A stretch of DNA of 42,846 nt from Gonapodya sp. JEL0774 (Eukaryota), in NCBI GenBank assembly GCA_027604505.1, contig JADIIX010000079.1, positions 62,001 through 104,846 of the forward strand. The letters run 5' to 3'. How positions within the stretch are numbered: the first letter of the stretch is position 1; the number at the start of each line of letters is the position of its first letter. The notes under the pieces are model-generated. The model saw nothing but the letters and a program-made list of their open reading frames with translations. It was not told the DNA's origin and made no database searches. A program made the position numbers and the translations under genes. Positions 1-12,742 of the stretch are shown in pieces.

Positions 1-2606
1 AATCAATGAGCTTCACGATTCCCGTCGCCTGCACTTCGATCGAATGTGGAAGGTTAAAGAACGCCGCGACTTGAGCGTATCCGCGGACGAAGAAGTAATT
101 AGGAAAGCCACGTGTGTGGAGGCCAAACACGGTTTCTGCTCCGTCGGCCCATTTCTGGTCCAGATCTAGGCCATTACGGCCGAATACTTTGCAAAAAGAT
201 CGTGCGGTATGGTGTGTTCCATATTCGAAACCTGTGAGTGTAAGGGATGGATTAAGTGGTGTGGATGGCAACTAGTTTGCGCCATTGCTGTCTCCGCACC
301 TGTGGCAAAGATCAAACAGTCGCATTCGTAAAGTTTTCCGTCGACAACAACGCCAGATTCTGTAAGTCTCTCGACACCCTTAGTGACAAACCGTTACCAC
401 ATGCCTAAAACAAACAAGCTGTTACGGCAGAGAAATCACCTTCCCAGATGTGTCAACAAGTTCGACATTAGGTCGGTTGAAAGTATCTAAATACTCGTCT
501 GGAAAACAAGACAAGTTTCATCGCACGAGACCGAATATCGGGCATTCACAGATGCACATACCATGAAAGCAAGGTCTCTGAATTTGATGACCGGATCAAG
601 ACATGCGAGAGTTCATAAGAAAACGATCGCAATTTTCTTGCGACGGTGCCCCACCTTGCAAAATTGGTTGTACCATGGTTTTAATGCCTCCGCGGTCTTG
701 GGGTCTTTCACAATGGCATCCTGTCGGGAATTTTCAATTCAATTCAACACCGCGTCAGTGTTTTCCGGGGTAGGTCCACTCGCTCAATCGAAAATGACTC
801 ACAACTCTTCTCCGAACCCCTTCCATTATTTTGAAGTCCGCCATTTGCAAAATATCGGCGTGCTTCACTGGTGAACCCAGTCGTTTGTTTTCGGCCGCCA
901 TGCCGCGCATGGTATTAAAGATGGCCGTCCTGATCGGAGACGAATAAAAGAGCTTGCTCACACACTCAAGATATAAACGGAATCGAGCGAGAATCACGCA
1001 CCATCCATCATTGACGAGGTTTTCCTCCACACGCCTGTCGTGGTTTGAGGAGATGAGCGATTGAAGTGGATACGAGGCGGAGTACCCTTCATAGTGGCAC
1101 TCACCCGCCCGTGACACAAAGTTCGAAGTTCATGATTCGTTCTTTTTGCCATCCGGGCTTCAACGATGCGGCCCATTTCGGATCGGTAGCTCGTTGTCCC
1201 CGCTCTGCGACGGATGAGGGTGTTCGCTGGAAGACGTAGAGTTTTTTGGCCCACTCGCCGAGGTAGGGCACGCATTGTACGGATGTTGCTGCGCCGTTGA
1301 GGGTTCAGAATTGATGTAGCTCAAACAAAACGGAACGAACTCACCACCAGTGCCGATGATGCCCACGGTTTTGTCGCGCAAGTTGACGAGACCTCCAAGA
1401 GAGTCACCACCAGTGTATGAGTAATCCCAACGGGACGTGTGCTTCACAGAGAGTGCGTGGCCGTCAGACGAATCGGGAACGGGGGCCGAGAGCCCATAAA
1501 GGTGGAGAGGCTCACGAAAGTTTTGCCCTTGTAATCTTCAATTCCCGGAACACCTTCGACACAGAAATTCATCTTCGTAATTCAGTCTGTCCCTTGCCAA
1601 GACCGAAATCATTCACCTGGAAGTTTCGCTTTATCTAGTCCACCTGTGCACTGGACCACAAAGCGGGCGTTGATGACATCTCCTCTGTCCGTTGTTATGG
1701 TCCAACGGTGAGACCGTTCATCCCACCGAAGACCGGTGCACATGGTGGAGAAGATGGCATGAGGGTGCAAATCGTACTTTCGAGCGATGCGGTCGCAGTG
1801 AGCAAGAACTAATGCAACCAGATAAGTGTACGTGGACGGTGAATAGTCGAAGGCATCCCAAGTGTTCGGCACGAACAGAGTGAGTTTGAAACACAATAGC
1901 ACATACTTTCGGGGGCGCGCGTGTACTTCTCCACCGGCACGTAATTGGTTTCTTCCAAGAGAGGGAGATAAACGTAGCTTTCGATGTCACAGTAGGCTCC
2001 AGGGTATCTTTTCGTGATGCAAGTGGACATTGATGGTGAAGAGGGATTCTACCAGCATGGTGTTCTCACCGATTCCAATACCTGTATCATGCAAAATACG
2101 CATGTACTACATCAAAACGGAAAGCGTGAAAGCGATGACCCACCAAGTCCCTCCAAAGTCTCCGCCCTGACGGTGTCGGGATGGAAACAGTAGATTGAAC
2201 CCCCATCGAACGCAGCATCTGTCTCGCTCTTCATCTCACCCGCTCTATGATTTTAAAGTTCCTGATTCCGGCTTCTGCGAGTCTCGCACTGGTGACTGGT
2301 ATTGGATCAATAATGTAGCTGGTCATTTCACCTCCCCGAACTCGCAAAATGTGCTTCCGAGAACTCACTTAGTCCTCCGAAACCTCCTCCCAGCACCACA
2401 CAGTCCACTGCTGTTACGATTGCGCCTCTTGGCTTGTATTGACAGTAGGGGTCGGTTAAAAAGTGTCCGTATGGTCCATCTGGGCGAACCTCAATAAACT
2501 GGGCATCGCCGTCCTTCCGCAGCCGCCGATCGCGCTCCAAAAGGTACTTCTGCTTCAAAGCGACAGGATCAAAGTCGATTTTGAGTGCAGAGAGTCCAGA
2601 GGCCAT
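1..2606 (-). CDS. Type I Baeyer-Villiger monooxygenase (FAD/NADPH flavoprotein), multi-exon, 3' end beyond the left edge
   Basis: ATG at 2606 ([21 protein letters not shown]). Spliced exons give the first Rossmann motif [35 protein letters not shown], the BVMO fingerprint YKGKTF|HTSRWD, the second Rossmann motif GIIGTG, and VFQRTP, FATG|F, GFPNYF. The frame is still open at position 1. Confidence 0.93.
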
Positions 2607-2888
2607 ATCGCAAATATACGGTCGGGCCAAAGAAATCCCGAGCCGAGAATGTAATAAGTATTGTGGTGGTTTCCTTTCATCGCTCTCCGCGCTCTCCTTT
2701 TTTCGTTTGTTGTTCGTTCCTTAACATTACCTTTTACGGAAAATTCCTCCCATAACCAGTCTCCTTCAGTATGGAAGAGAGAAAGTTACATAATAAATAT
2801 AGAGTACTTACTTAGAAACAAGACTAATGCTAATATCATCAGAAAGAAAGAATATACAGATTCTCCAAGAACATGTTCACTTGGGCAC

Positions 2889-5800
2889 TTAGCGTTCATC
2901 ATCGCTGCTCCTGCGGCTCGCCGGCAAAAGAAGAGCACCACCAACCGCGGCACCAGGTGCCACCAGCGGAACGTACACTAGCGGAGACACCGCGCCTCCT
3001 CCTGTCCCTGCCCCGACGGAAGCCATAGCGACGGTCCCGGCAGCCGCCGCAGATGTGGAAATCATAGGTGTCGCTCCACCACTGGCTAAACCTGAAGCCG
3101 TGCTTGCCATGCCAGATGCGAGACCCGCTCCACTTCCAGCTGTTTGCGCTGCCCCTGTCGCAACAGCCGCTGTAGTCCCGGCGGTTTGTCCCATTGCTGT
3201 CGCAGTCCCCCCGCCGGCTATCGCACCTCCAACCATCGCGGCTGTGGTTGCGCCGGCAACAGCCATTCCCGGTGCGATTGCTGCCCCAGTCAGTGCGGCT
3301 GTTGATGCGGCCCCACCGGCGGCGGTAGCTGCGCCTCCGCCTGTTGCCGTCATTGCGATGGTACCGCCTTGGCCACCCACAACGCCTGCTGTCGTGGCAG
3401 CAGCTGTCGCTGCCGCACTACGCGAACGGGATAAGCACCAGAGATGATGTTTCTTTAGATCGAACTCCATTTCGCAGAACCAAAAGTTGAAAGCAGCACT
3501 CACCCTGAGAAAGCCCCGGTCATGAAGAGAACTGCTCCTCCAACAAGGATTGCGGCCCCACCGATTCCCACGCCAAGGCCGACAGCTAACGGCGTGTTCG
3601 TGCCACCTCCAACCCCAGCATCGTTCTGGGTCACGGGTGGAATGACAACGCTGGAGTTCGATGTGGTGGTGGTGGATGAAAACGTTGTGACGATGGCTGT
3701 GGTAAATTGGGCAGTCGTGACTTGCGCAGTTGTGACGGGGACTGTTGTGGGAGGAGCAGCGGTTGTTGACGGAGCAATTGTCGTTGCGATCACCGCGGTG
3801 GTAGCAAGAGCGGCGGTGGTCAATGGGGGGACCGTCGTCACGGGACCAGCTGTGATCACTGGTGATACTGTGGTGGCCAAGACAGCGGTGGTCACAGAGA
3901 CGATGGTGGTGACCGCCGCCGGTGTAGTGACGGCAGCAGGTGTTGTGACGAGGGCGGCCGTTGTGGCGGGTGCAGCGGTGGTGACGAGGATTGCCGTCGT
4001 CACAGTGGCGACAGTGGTGACTGGGGTAAGGGTGGTGACCACGATCGCTGTTGTGAGGGTTACCGAGGTGGCTAAAGCCACTGTTGTTTCCTGAGCGCTT
4101 GTAAAAACAGAAGGAGTCGTAACCTGGATAGCAGAGGCTTCCGAAACTGGTTTCGGGTCAATAAATTTTTTGCCTAGGTATCACATGTTGGAGAATACAA
4201 ACACACTCACTGGTAGCGGGAAGCACGGTAGTGGATGGTACAGTGGTATTTCCTACAGTCGTGAAAAGATCCAACGCGGTGCTGAAAGTCGTGGATTCTG
4301 TTGTTGTGGTCGATGTCTCAGAGGTTGTTTCCGTCGTTGTGCTGGGTGTTTCAGAGGAGGTGGATTCCGTAGTGGTGCTCCTGTTGAATGTGTCAGACGA
4401 CACAGTGATGGAGCAGTGCAACGCGTCACTCACGATTCCGTGTAAGAAGTCGTCGTTGTCGGGGTAAACGTAACCGTTGTTGTGGTGCTCTCTGTGAAGG
4501 AGGTTGTTGTGGATTCGGTGCTGGTCGCGGTCGTTGAGCTCTGGGTTTCCGAGGTTGTTGACTCCGTGGTTGTGGTGAGCGTTTCCGAGGTTGTAGATAG
4601 TGTGGTTGTGCTAGATATCTCGGAGGTTGTGGACTCTGTGGTAGTGCTCGATGTCTCGGAAGTCGTCGATTGTGTAGTTGTGCTGGATGTCTCAGTGGAG
4701 GTAGACTGTGTGGTGGTACTTGATGTCTCGGTAGTCGAAGATTGTGTAGTTGTGCTGGTTGTCTCAGTGGTGGTGGACTGGGTGCTGGTGCTGAGTGTCT
4801 CGAACGTGGTGGAGTCTGTGGTTGTGGCTGTTTCAGAGGTGGTGCTCGATGTCTCAGATGTGGTCGAGTCTGTCGTTCTGGCTGGTTCTGAGGTGGTACT
4901 CGATGTTTCAGACGTCGTTGATTGAGTGGCGTTCGCAGTTGAACGCTGACACTGGGCATCCGTACCACGTGGAGCAGGAAACAAGCCAGAGTAGCAGGAC
5001 CAGGGCACTTTGTTCTTGTCACAGTAGAACACAGAATCCCAGCAAAGAATCGACCATAGATTGCAGGTCGACATTAAGATGGGGAGTCTCCCATCTATTT
5101 CGCCAGAGAGGCCGGAACACCAAGAGTCGATGCGGGAAAGGCCCGTCTTGGAGAAATCCGGGAAGGAGCCACTGGTCACGTAGGTGGACAGTGAGGGGTC
5201 GTTGCGGGGTGTCATGGGATCGGTAATTCCAGTGTTACTGATGGGAGGGCTTAGTGCTACGGGACATCGGAACTCACAAACCTAGTTACACACTCACGAT
5301 ATGTCGAGAGAAGAGAGTTTGCTTAGTGACAGTATAGAAGTCGGCAACGGCACGTTCAAGTTTTCGTTGTTTCTGTTGACAGGGAGACGATGATCAAGAA
5401 AGTCTCCATGCAAATACTACTGCACATCTCACGAGAGATCGAGCTTCGTCAATGCCCTGTTGTTAGAGAAATCGGTATTCTGGAAGCCCGTCAAGTCATT
5501 GTGTCTGGTGCGATTGAGTGGTGATCGCATTGTGATGAACGTTGACATGTATTGCAGAATCCCAAACATACTGCAAAATCAGTGTCGCAAGGTTTGGGTT
5601 GCGTGAGATATCTGGTACGTTCCCAGAAATCCGCCAGAAGGGTTGGATTGTCACTGCTTTCAGGCTCCTCCCTAGTTCCGAGAAGTCCGATGGCATACGA
5701 CCCCCTCCACTTAGAGTTGATCGAATTTGGCCAGCAGGTAGGAACAGAATTTCATTAGTGTCCGTTGGCGGTGAGTTGGATAGATAGAGAAAGGCTCACC

Positions 5801-6077
5801 CGTCGTTTCCAGTGAGGTAAATTTCCGATACACTACCGCCCTCACACTTGACAAAATTATTGATCAACAAAGGGCCCCAAATCGCGCCACAACAGCATTG
5901 AGGTGTCAAAAGTCTGGGAAAGTTTAGAATTTTCAGGTATTCATCCAGAACCATGCAGGAGTTGTCGTTGCTCGGGCCGGCAAACGTGCAGGTGAGCGCG
6001 GATGCTCCACGAACTCCAACCGAGAAACCAAGTAGTGCAGCCGAGAGCAGCCATAAGGCTACTGTCCGTCGCATCAT
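2889..6077 (-). CDS. Receptor-like surface protein A: signal peptide, Cys-capped LRR ectodomain, Thr/Ser mucin stalk, membrane segment, Ala/Gly/Thr tail
   Basis: Signal peptide MMRRTVALWLLSAALLGFSVGVRG. Cap SCMVLDEY..PQCCCGA..KC..VSEI. LRR exons ISGNVPDISRNPNLATLILQ|HNDLTGFQNTDFSNNRALTKLDLS|NNENLNVPLPTSILSLSKLSSLDIS|NTG. T/S-rich exons at 3500-4920. Hydrophobic LAVGLGVGIGGAAILVGGAVLFM. Last exon 3417-2889 ends DDER*. GT-AG junctions were checked at the LRR and tail exons. Confidence 0.85.
4490..4920 (-). repeat. Coding tandem repeat, 36-nt (12-aa) unit ~[Q/E]STTSETSSTTT x~7, preceded by 18-aa variants
   Basis: Units such as gtggtagtgctcgatgtctcggaagtcgtcgattgt recur on the + strand. The protein reads QSTTTETTSTTT QSSTTETSSTTT QSTSTETSSTTT QSTTSETSSTTT ESTTSEISSTTT. 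Confidence 0.9.
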
Positions 6078-8685
6078 ATTGAGAATGATGGCGTATCACT
6101 CTCTGACTGAAAAGTTTCCATATATGGACGGTAAGTATGTACTTCCTCCCATAATTTGTTGCACTTGCAATTGCATACCCGCAAGAGAAGACACGACCTG
6201 AGGAGTTTTCCCACCACGATGTCACTATCGCGTTTCCCGTCCACGATGGATGGATAGTGGTGTTCGGGATTGGCTGATCTTATACTTTGCGCTGTGAGTT
6301 GGCACACTGCAAAATGTGATATCCACAAGCGTAATATATGTATCATTTTGTATGCCTTCATCCCATCAACCTGGAAGTGGGTTTCTCGGCATTTGGCAAA
6401 CGAAATCACTGGGTAGTTTGTACTATCACCGTCCTCATATTGTTGAATGGATGACGACTTGTTGGGAGGTTTCTTGAACCCTCATATGTATTTGGCCAGC
6501 GGAACGTTGTAGCACTTGGTCGGCTCAGAGAGTTCGTCAATGGAGTTTTCAACGGTACCGATGAAGGAATGAAGGCCAACCGTTTAGATGCCGATACAAT
6601 GAAAAAAGGAAAAGGAGTAAAAAAAAAAAGTCCACGAGTCCACCCGGAGCGATTCTGCTCCTATCATCGTCACCTTTCCCTCTCGTGCCTTTTCCGCGTC
6701 AATTCCCACTCATTGTCCGGGGTTTCCCGCAACCTGCCACTGCCCTTCGCTCGTTCTTCTTGAAAATCTGTCACCCGTGCCCGTCGTCGACCGTCGATGT
6801 TGACGGCAGCCGACAGCAACAGTTCCGCCATGCAGTTGCCTTCCATCTCGTTCTCGCTTCTGGGCGTACTCGCCTGTGTGGCTCGCAGAGTGTTTGACAA
6901 GCTCTGAAGCTTTGCTCGCTTTCCGTATGAAGTATTCCCCGGGTTTGGGAAGGATGACGTATCCCCCTGACCACCGCATTTCCGGGTGGAAAACTTCCAC
7001 TCTGTCCTTAGGTTCGACTCTCGCCATCGGACCTAAATTGTCGCCCTGTTCAAAAATCCCCACCACAAATAATCCCCAAACTTCCCTTTTGCTCCGTTCA
7101 CTTTCGAATTCTTTTTCAATGTTCTTTCTCATTGCAATGCGTCTTTCTCTTTTGCCTGCTCTCCCTGGTCCCAGGTCTGTATTCCTTCTTTCCGCTGTCA
7201 AATTTTTTTCGGCCAGCTTCCTTCATCCACCGTCGACAGCACAACTTGCGCTCTAAATATTCTTAGATTTGAGCGTTCTGGAATTTTCGCAGGGATTCCG
7301 TCACCACGCAATTGGGCGCCACGGCCGCGTTGCGCCAATCTCAGTCGCCATTTACATTCACGAGCGCTGAATGACTCAATCAAGTACTCGATATGGTATG
7401 TGCTCTGCAACAACGTGGATGTCTTTTTCCCCTCGCAATTACTTTACATCAATGCTGTCATGTTATCATCTCGCAACCACATCCATCAACTTCCTAAGCA
7501 CAACGTCGTTCAAGGTGTGAGTTGGTCGATTAGTCCAGCGGTTTATATTTCACACACGCCCTGAAGTTGCCCAGCACTCTCGCTGAACCAGTAATCACGA
7601 AGCAAACTGGAGCACTCTTGAGCTCACCATTTTTCCATCACATCCACTAACTCAGCAATTTAGAACATAAATTCCAAAATAATTGGTTGTCGGTGGCCTT
7701 ATGATGTAATCGTTACGAGACTCTTCTTCGCCTCTACGTTTCCCCACAGTAACTTGCATCCATGTGCTCTCCCAAATTACCCAGTCGATCAAGTACTCTC
7801 TATCCAATCCATCTTGTTGGCCTTATTTGTCTTGCTACAATATGTCGATTTTGGGTCTTCGTTGTCCTCAAACACAATAATTCAAGGATCAGATCTTGAA
7901 CACGGCCCGCTTGCGATTTATCTCTCCGAAAACGATCAAAGCAGAGAAAAATCCCCGTTTCCTCAATATAAGTGCGATCAAGTCTGGAACCCGAGAAGTG
8001 TAGAACTGGTGGCAAGGCAACTCGTGTGCACCCATACAACAAACGTCACGGCGTCAAGGGTACTTGAGCCAAGTTGTTGATGGGGGAAAGTGGCAGGCGA
8101 GGTGCACGAGGGGGAAGAGGAAGATGAGGAAAGGGAGGAAGACAATATGGAGGAGGAGGTGTAGGAACCAGACCAATCCCATTGGAGGGATAACAGGGAT
8201 CACGACAAGGACCGGGGGGTGATTTCATATATTGCTTTCTCTATTTTGTTTTCTTTAAGTAACTTGAGTGTGTACAACTGGCTCACTATTTAGCAGGGCG
8301 GAGCTGGAGCGCTTCTGGTTTCGTAAAATCCCTTTATGCTTGCCGACCATGCCATCTGAACACATGTCTTGATTTAAAATGCGTTTTGGTGCCTGCACCG
8401 TACACTCCACACGAATGATATTTCGTGGATACTGAAATATCTAACAATGAAAACTGTGGCACAGAACCCTGCTTGTCATGTCGCCTATCAGAGGTGATTG
8501 ATCTGATGGCTACAAACCATTTCGCTGGCAAATTTTGCACCTCCAGCGTATCTTGTATCGAATGTTACACCAAGTCTTCTCTGATTCGATCTCAAAGCTT
8601 GCCTCACGCGTAGACTTTCCCCGTTTTGTAAATTTTGCACCAATTCTGCTGACGTAGTTCTCATGTGGCCTCGTGTCCTCTTCAG

Positions 8686-11600
8686 TCACTTTGAAGGTCT
8701 TTCGACAGTTACGCCTCCTCCTGCCCATATTTCTACACCACCGATAATTCGCATATTTGCAAGTCTGGGAACGGATTGCGAAACTTGAAGTGTTGTCTCG
8801 CCTGGCACACATTGCTCTGCAGTAACTCGATCAATTGCGAGATCAGCAGATCGTCGACTCTCCCGCTCCTGTTGATATTCTTCAATGAGTCCCTCCATGG
8901 TGTTGTATCCCCCATCATCAGTGCTCAGCACATGATTCGAACCAACAGGGCTGTCTGAGCGAACGCTCTGGATGCTACCGGCTCTCGTCGTCAGCGACCC
9001 TCCGACCATGATGTTACCAAACATTGCGGGCGGTGCTATGCTCATTCTTGTGTCGTCGGATACCGTCTGAGACAAGGTGGGTGCCATCGAAGAACTGGTA
9101 TGGAGTCCACGAGAAACCCGTCCGCTTCCCACGGTTCGCCTCGAAAGAGCGTTCATCCCACCGACAATCCCTGTCCCGGCATTTCCGTAGCTGCTCTCCG
9201 ATACTGAAGAATAAAAAAGTCGATTCAATTGATTCAATCGGGGAGCTTGTGAAGAAGAAGGCATCACTGGTTGTATAGGTACGAACGACCCTTGTTGAGA
9301 AGGGTAACCCCACATCCGCGTCTACGAGAAATGAGTCATGAGCTTGATAAATATTGCGCAAAATTCATCCCAAGAAATTCAATTGCTCCATTTAAGTCCT
9401 CCATATCCGTGTTCTCACGAGCACCCACTCACCATTTCTCCCTCTCTCATTCTCACTTCCCTCTTCCTTGTTGCTACCTGTCCTTTCAATTGTTTCTGCG
9501 CTACAGAGTCTGCAAATCGGACTTGTAATGGCGCCGTGCCGCCGGTTAAGATGACCCCGTGAAAGGTATCGATGACAGACTGCGCAGCACTCCGAGAGTC
9601 GAAGCTATGGGGAAAAAATGGCTAGCTTACAAAACAGCATTAAGGAGTGCTATATATTGCAAATGTCATGGCCCACCGGACAAAGCCCACCCCCCTGCTC
9701 ATTCCGTTGGAGTCTCTTAGGATCTTTTGGGAGATGACGCTAAGACCACCATGTCCGAAAATCACACTGAGTCTCTAGTTGGGGTCGAAAAGAAAATGGA
9801 GTTTGGAGTTTGAATCCAGTGCTGATAGGACCCGCAAGCCACTGACAACTATCAATCCAACGAACCTCTTCGTCAACGTCCAGAGGCAAGTTCGACATAT
9901 ATACGTTTGATGATTCGTGATCTTGCAGATTGCGCAGGCGTGTGGCAAAGGACTCCTATGATCCCGGATAAAGAATCGCAATTTCGATATTGAAATTCTT
10001 TGAGAACTGGAAACCAACTGGGGACACACCTCAACGCCCACTTTTGCAAAAGAGCACTGAAGACCCATGCGGCTGAGCTCAAGCATTGCGTCTCTACACG
10101 GTTTCGTGCGAGAGTGCAGCACGATCAGTGGTGTGTGAATCACGGATCAGCGTAATTCTGGGATAACAAATCTGACCACTGCTATTCGGAACCATACCGT
10201 GCCTGGCCCTCGGTCTCGTACATAATAAAGCCATATCCTTTGCACTCGTTGGTACGGAGGTCGACGATAGCTTTGTGTGACAAAATTGTGCCGAATCTTC
10301 AGCGGATCGAAGAACTTAGTCCCAGCAGCTGCACTGCAGTCAGTGGATCCCAAAACTTACGTCTTCCCAATATCCCACAAGTCTTGATCTGTAGTAGCCG
10401 CATCAAGTCCCCGAATATAGACGTTCACCCCGTCCATTCCGGTCCTCTCGTTGCCTGATTCCCTAGCCACCGATCCCGTCCTCAGTGTTAAAGACGACGG
10501 CGTCAGGCTCTCGCCTAGATTGAAATTCGTTGATGCCGTAGACAACGATGATCCTCCAGAGTGAGCTGCATCTTCCGACCAGACTCCAGCTATCGTTCTC
10601 GCCGCAGTGTGGACAGAAGATAAAAAGGGAGGTGCGGATGAGACGAAAGCCTGCAGATTAGATGCGGGCATTCGACTGGGAATAGCAGTGTGTTGTCCCA
10701 AACTGTGACCGTGCCCAAGCGAACGCGAGTATGCATTTTGATCGCTTTGCTTAGAAGACGTGCCAGTAAGAGAAGAAGTCTGAGAACGATTCCAAGAAGA
10801 ATCCATTGGTGAAGGACGCGGCGTGTGTGTCCGAAAATGGTGCTCTGAGCGCATGTTTGGGCGATACTGATGTTGCTGATATTGAATTGGAGCAGGTTGG
10901 GAAGCTGGGGAGAAGGGCGACGGAACAAAAGCACTGATGCCCACTCCACTTGAAACACGTCCTACAAGGTGTTGATGATTGACACGCTCTATGGACCGTG
11001 ATCTTCTGTAAGTTTGATTGTTGTTTCCGTCCTTTGGTGGGGGATTCAATGGGTCGATATTTACCCCCGCGAAGCCCGATTCAGGGTCAAATGGTGTTTG
11101 CTGCTGTGCAAACGTAGCGTAGGCCACATTGTACGGCTGGTGAGCTTGTCCCCGGTAGAAGGTCGGGGAGCTGGAGGGGTTGAAAAGACTCTGCGGTGGT
11201 GAGGACCGCAAACCTGGTATGCCGTAAGGAGATCCTGGAGTGAATGCGTATGCGGTTTGCCCAGAAACTGTGTAGTAATTTATGCTAGTAGTGGGAGATA
11301 TTGGCGAAGAGGGAAATGGTGGCGAGATGGAGATGGGCGAAGAGTGCGGCGAAAGCGGTATACCGTGCAGAGATATGGGTGTGGAAGGAATAGTAACGGC
11401 TTGACCAGGAACTGATGGTATTGGAGAGAGGAGATCGAATGTTTAAGCACTCAAAACTGAAGTGAAACCTTACTACGAGACTGATGGTAGCCCCTGTCGA
11501 TAAAAGTAACGTTCCCACTGGCAGAGATCATCGCACCGAAAACGCACCTGTGCTATACGTCATCAAAAATGGTGGCCCCGCTGGTACCATTCTTGCCGTG

Positions 11601-12253
11601 GAGATTGTTTCGTCCTCGCTACCTTCTGGATAGTCGTTTACTGATGGGACGTGCGTTCCTATAGAAGGTGCTCCTGACTGAGCGGGAGGCACGTACTGTG
11701 TTATAGGAATAATATGATCCGAGTATGTGGCTGACATCGGGGATCCATAGAATGCAGAGTAGTTGAGAGCATGGGGGTATACTAAGAATGGGTTCGGGGT
11801 CGGAGTCCCGCCACGGAGGTCTGATGGTGTGGAATGTGCGGCGGTGGAGGCGAAGCTAGATATCGGGTTCATCAAAGAAGAGCCTGGCACAAGCTGTGCC
11901 GATCCGAAGGACGACTGCGGAGCGGCAGTGCTTTCGGACAACCGTGTGTATGTGTCGCCCACAGATCCGCCTGCAGAGTCAATGCCACCGTCTCCTGGCA
12001 TGACTCCATCAGATACAGTCCACAAATTTGAGCTAACATCGGAGGTCATTTGTTCATGCTGCGGCACCTGAAACGTCTGTTGAGTTCGACTTGCTCCGGA
12101 CATCGATCGGGGTGAACTACCACTCGAAGGGGCGGAGGACGGCCGAGCAGGGGTATGAACTTGCGGAGAGTCATTAGAGGACACATAAGAGAAAGACAGG
12201 GCGGACGGCGTGTTGCGAGTAGCAGCACTGGCAGTGACCATTTCCGACGACAT
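8686..12253 (-). CDS. Two-RRM RNA-binding protein of the RBMS/MSSP/Shep (S. pombe Spo5-like) type with long S/P/Q-rich disordered regions
   Basis: RRM1: VNVYIRGLDAATTDQDLWDIGK|FGTILSHKAIVDLRTNECKGYGFIMY. RRM2: SNVYMSNLPLDVDEE|..ISQKILRDSNGMSRGVGFVR|FDSR..PLQVRFADS. Start at 12253 and stop at 8686 come from the ORF track and are less certain than the RRMs. Confidence 0.85.
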
Positions 12254-12742
12254 TCCCGTTTACTTGCGAGTCCTATACGATGAGAGATATTAAGAGAAAT
12301 GCAAAAGAGAAGCAGACGGTATAGTAGGGGAATCGAACAATGGCTGGCTCCCTGAACAATGTAGTTTCTGTGTGATCTTTTGGAAGTGACGTGGCCAACT
12401 ACTAACAGTACTATGATTACACAGACATACACAACCAGTATTCTTTAAGAATCCAGCGTCGCATTCGACAATATTTGTGGAGTTTTGTAGATCCAGCTTC
12501 AAGACATGATTTAAAGGCTGAGGTCGTTGGCCTTCGTAGGTCACGAAGTGGTAGCGATCTTTGCCAATGTATGGGAAAATTGCTATATGGTTTGTTGATA
12601 TTCCATGTATTCAAGAGCCATTCGACAAAATATAACTCCAAAGAAAGTCGCAATCGGAAACGCCGAAATGTGCAGAAACAGTTTCAAAAGAACCTACAAC
12701 TCTCTAAGAGTAGAGCCAAGCTTTTACAATGGGGACTCATAC

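Noticed and set aside
3055..4925. Long Val/Ala/Pro-rich + strand ORFs (3055-3447, 3522-4094, 4482-4925) and the - strand ORF 21899-22495
   Set aside because: Antisense shadows of Thr/Ala codon repeats in genes A and B; no independent features.
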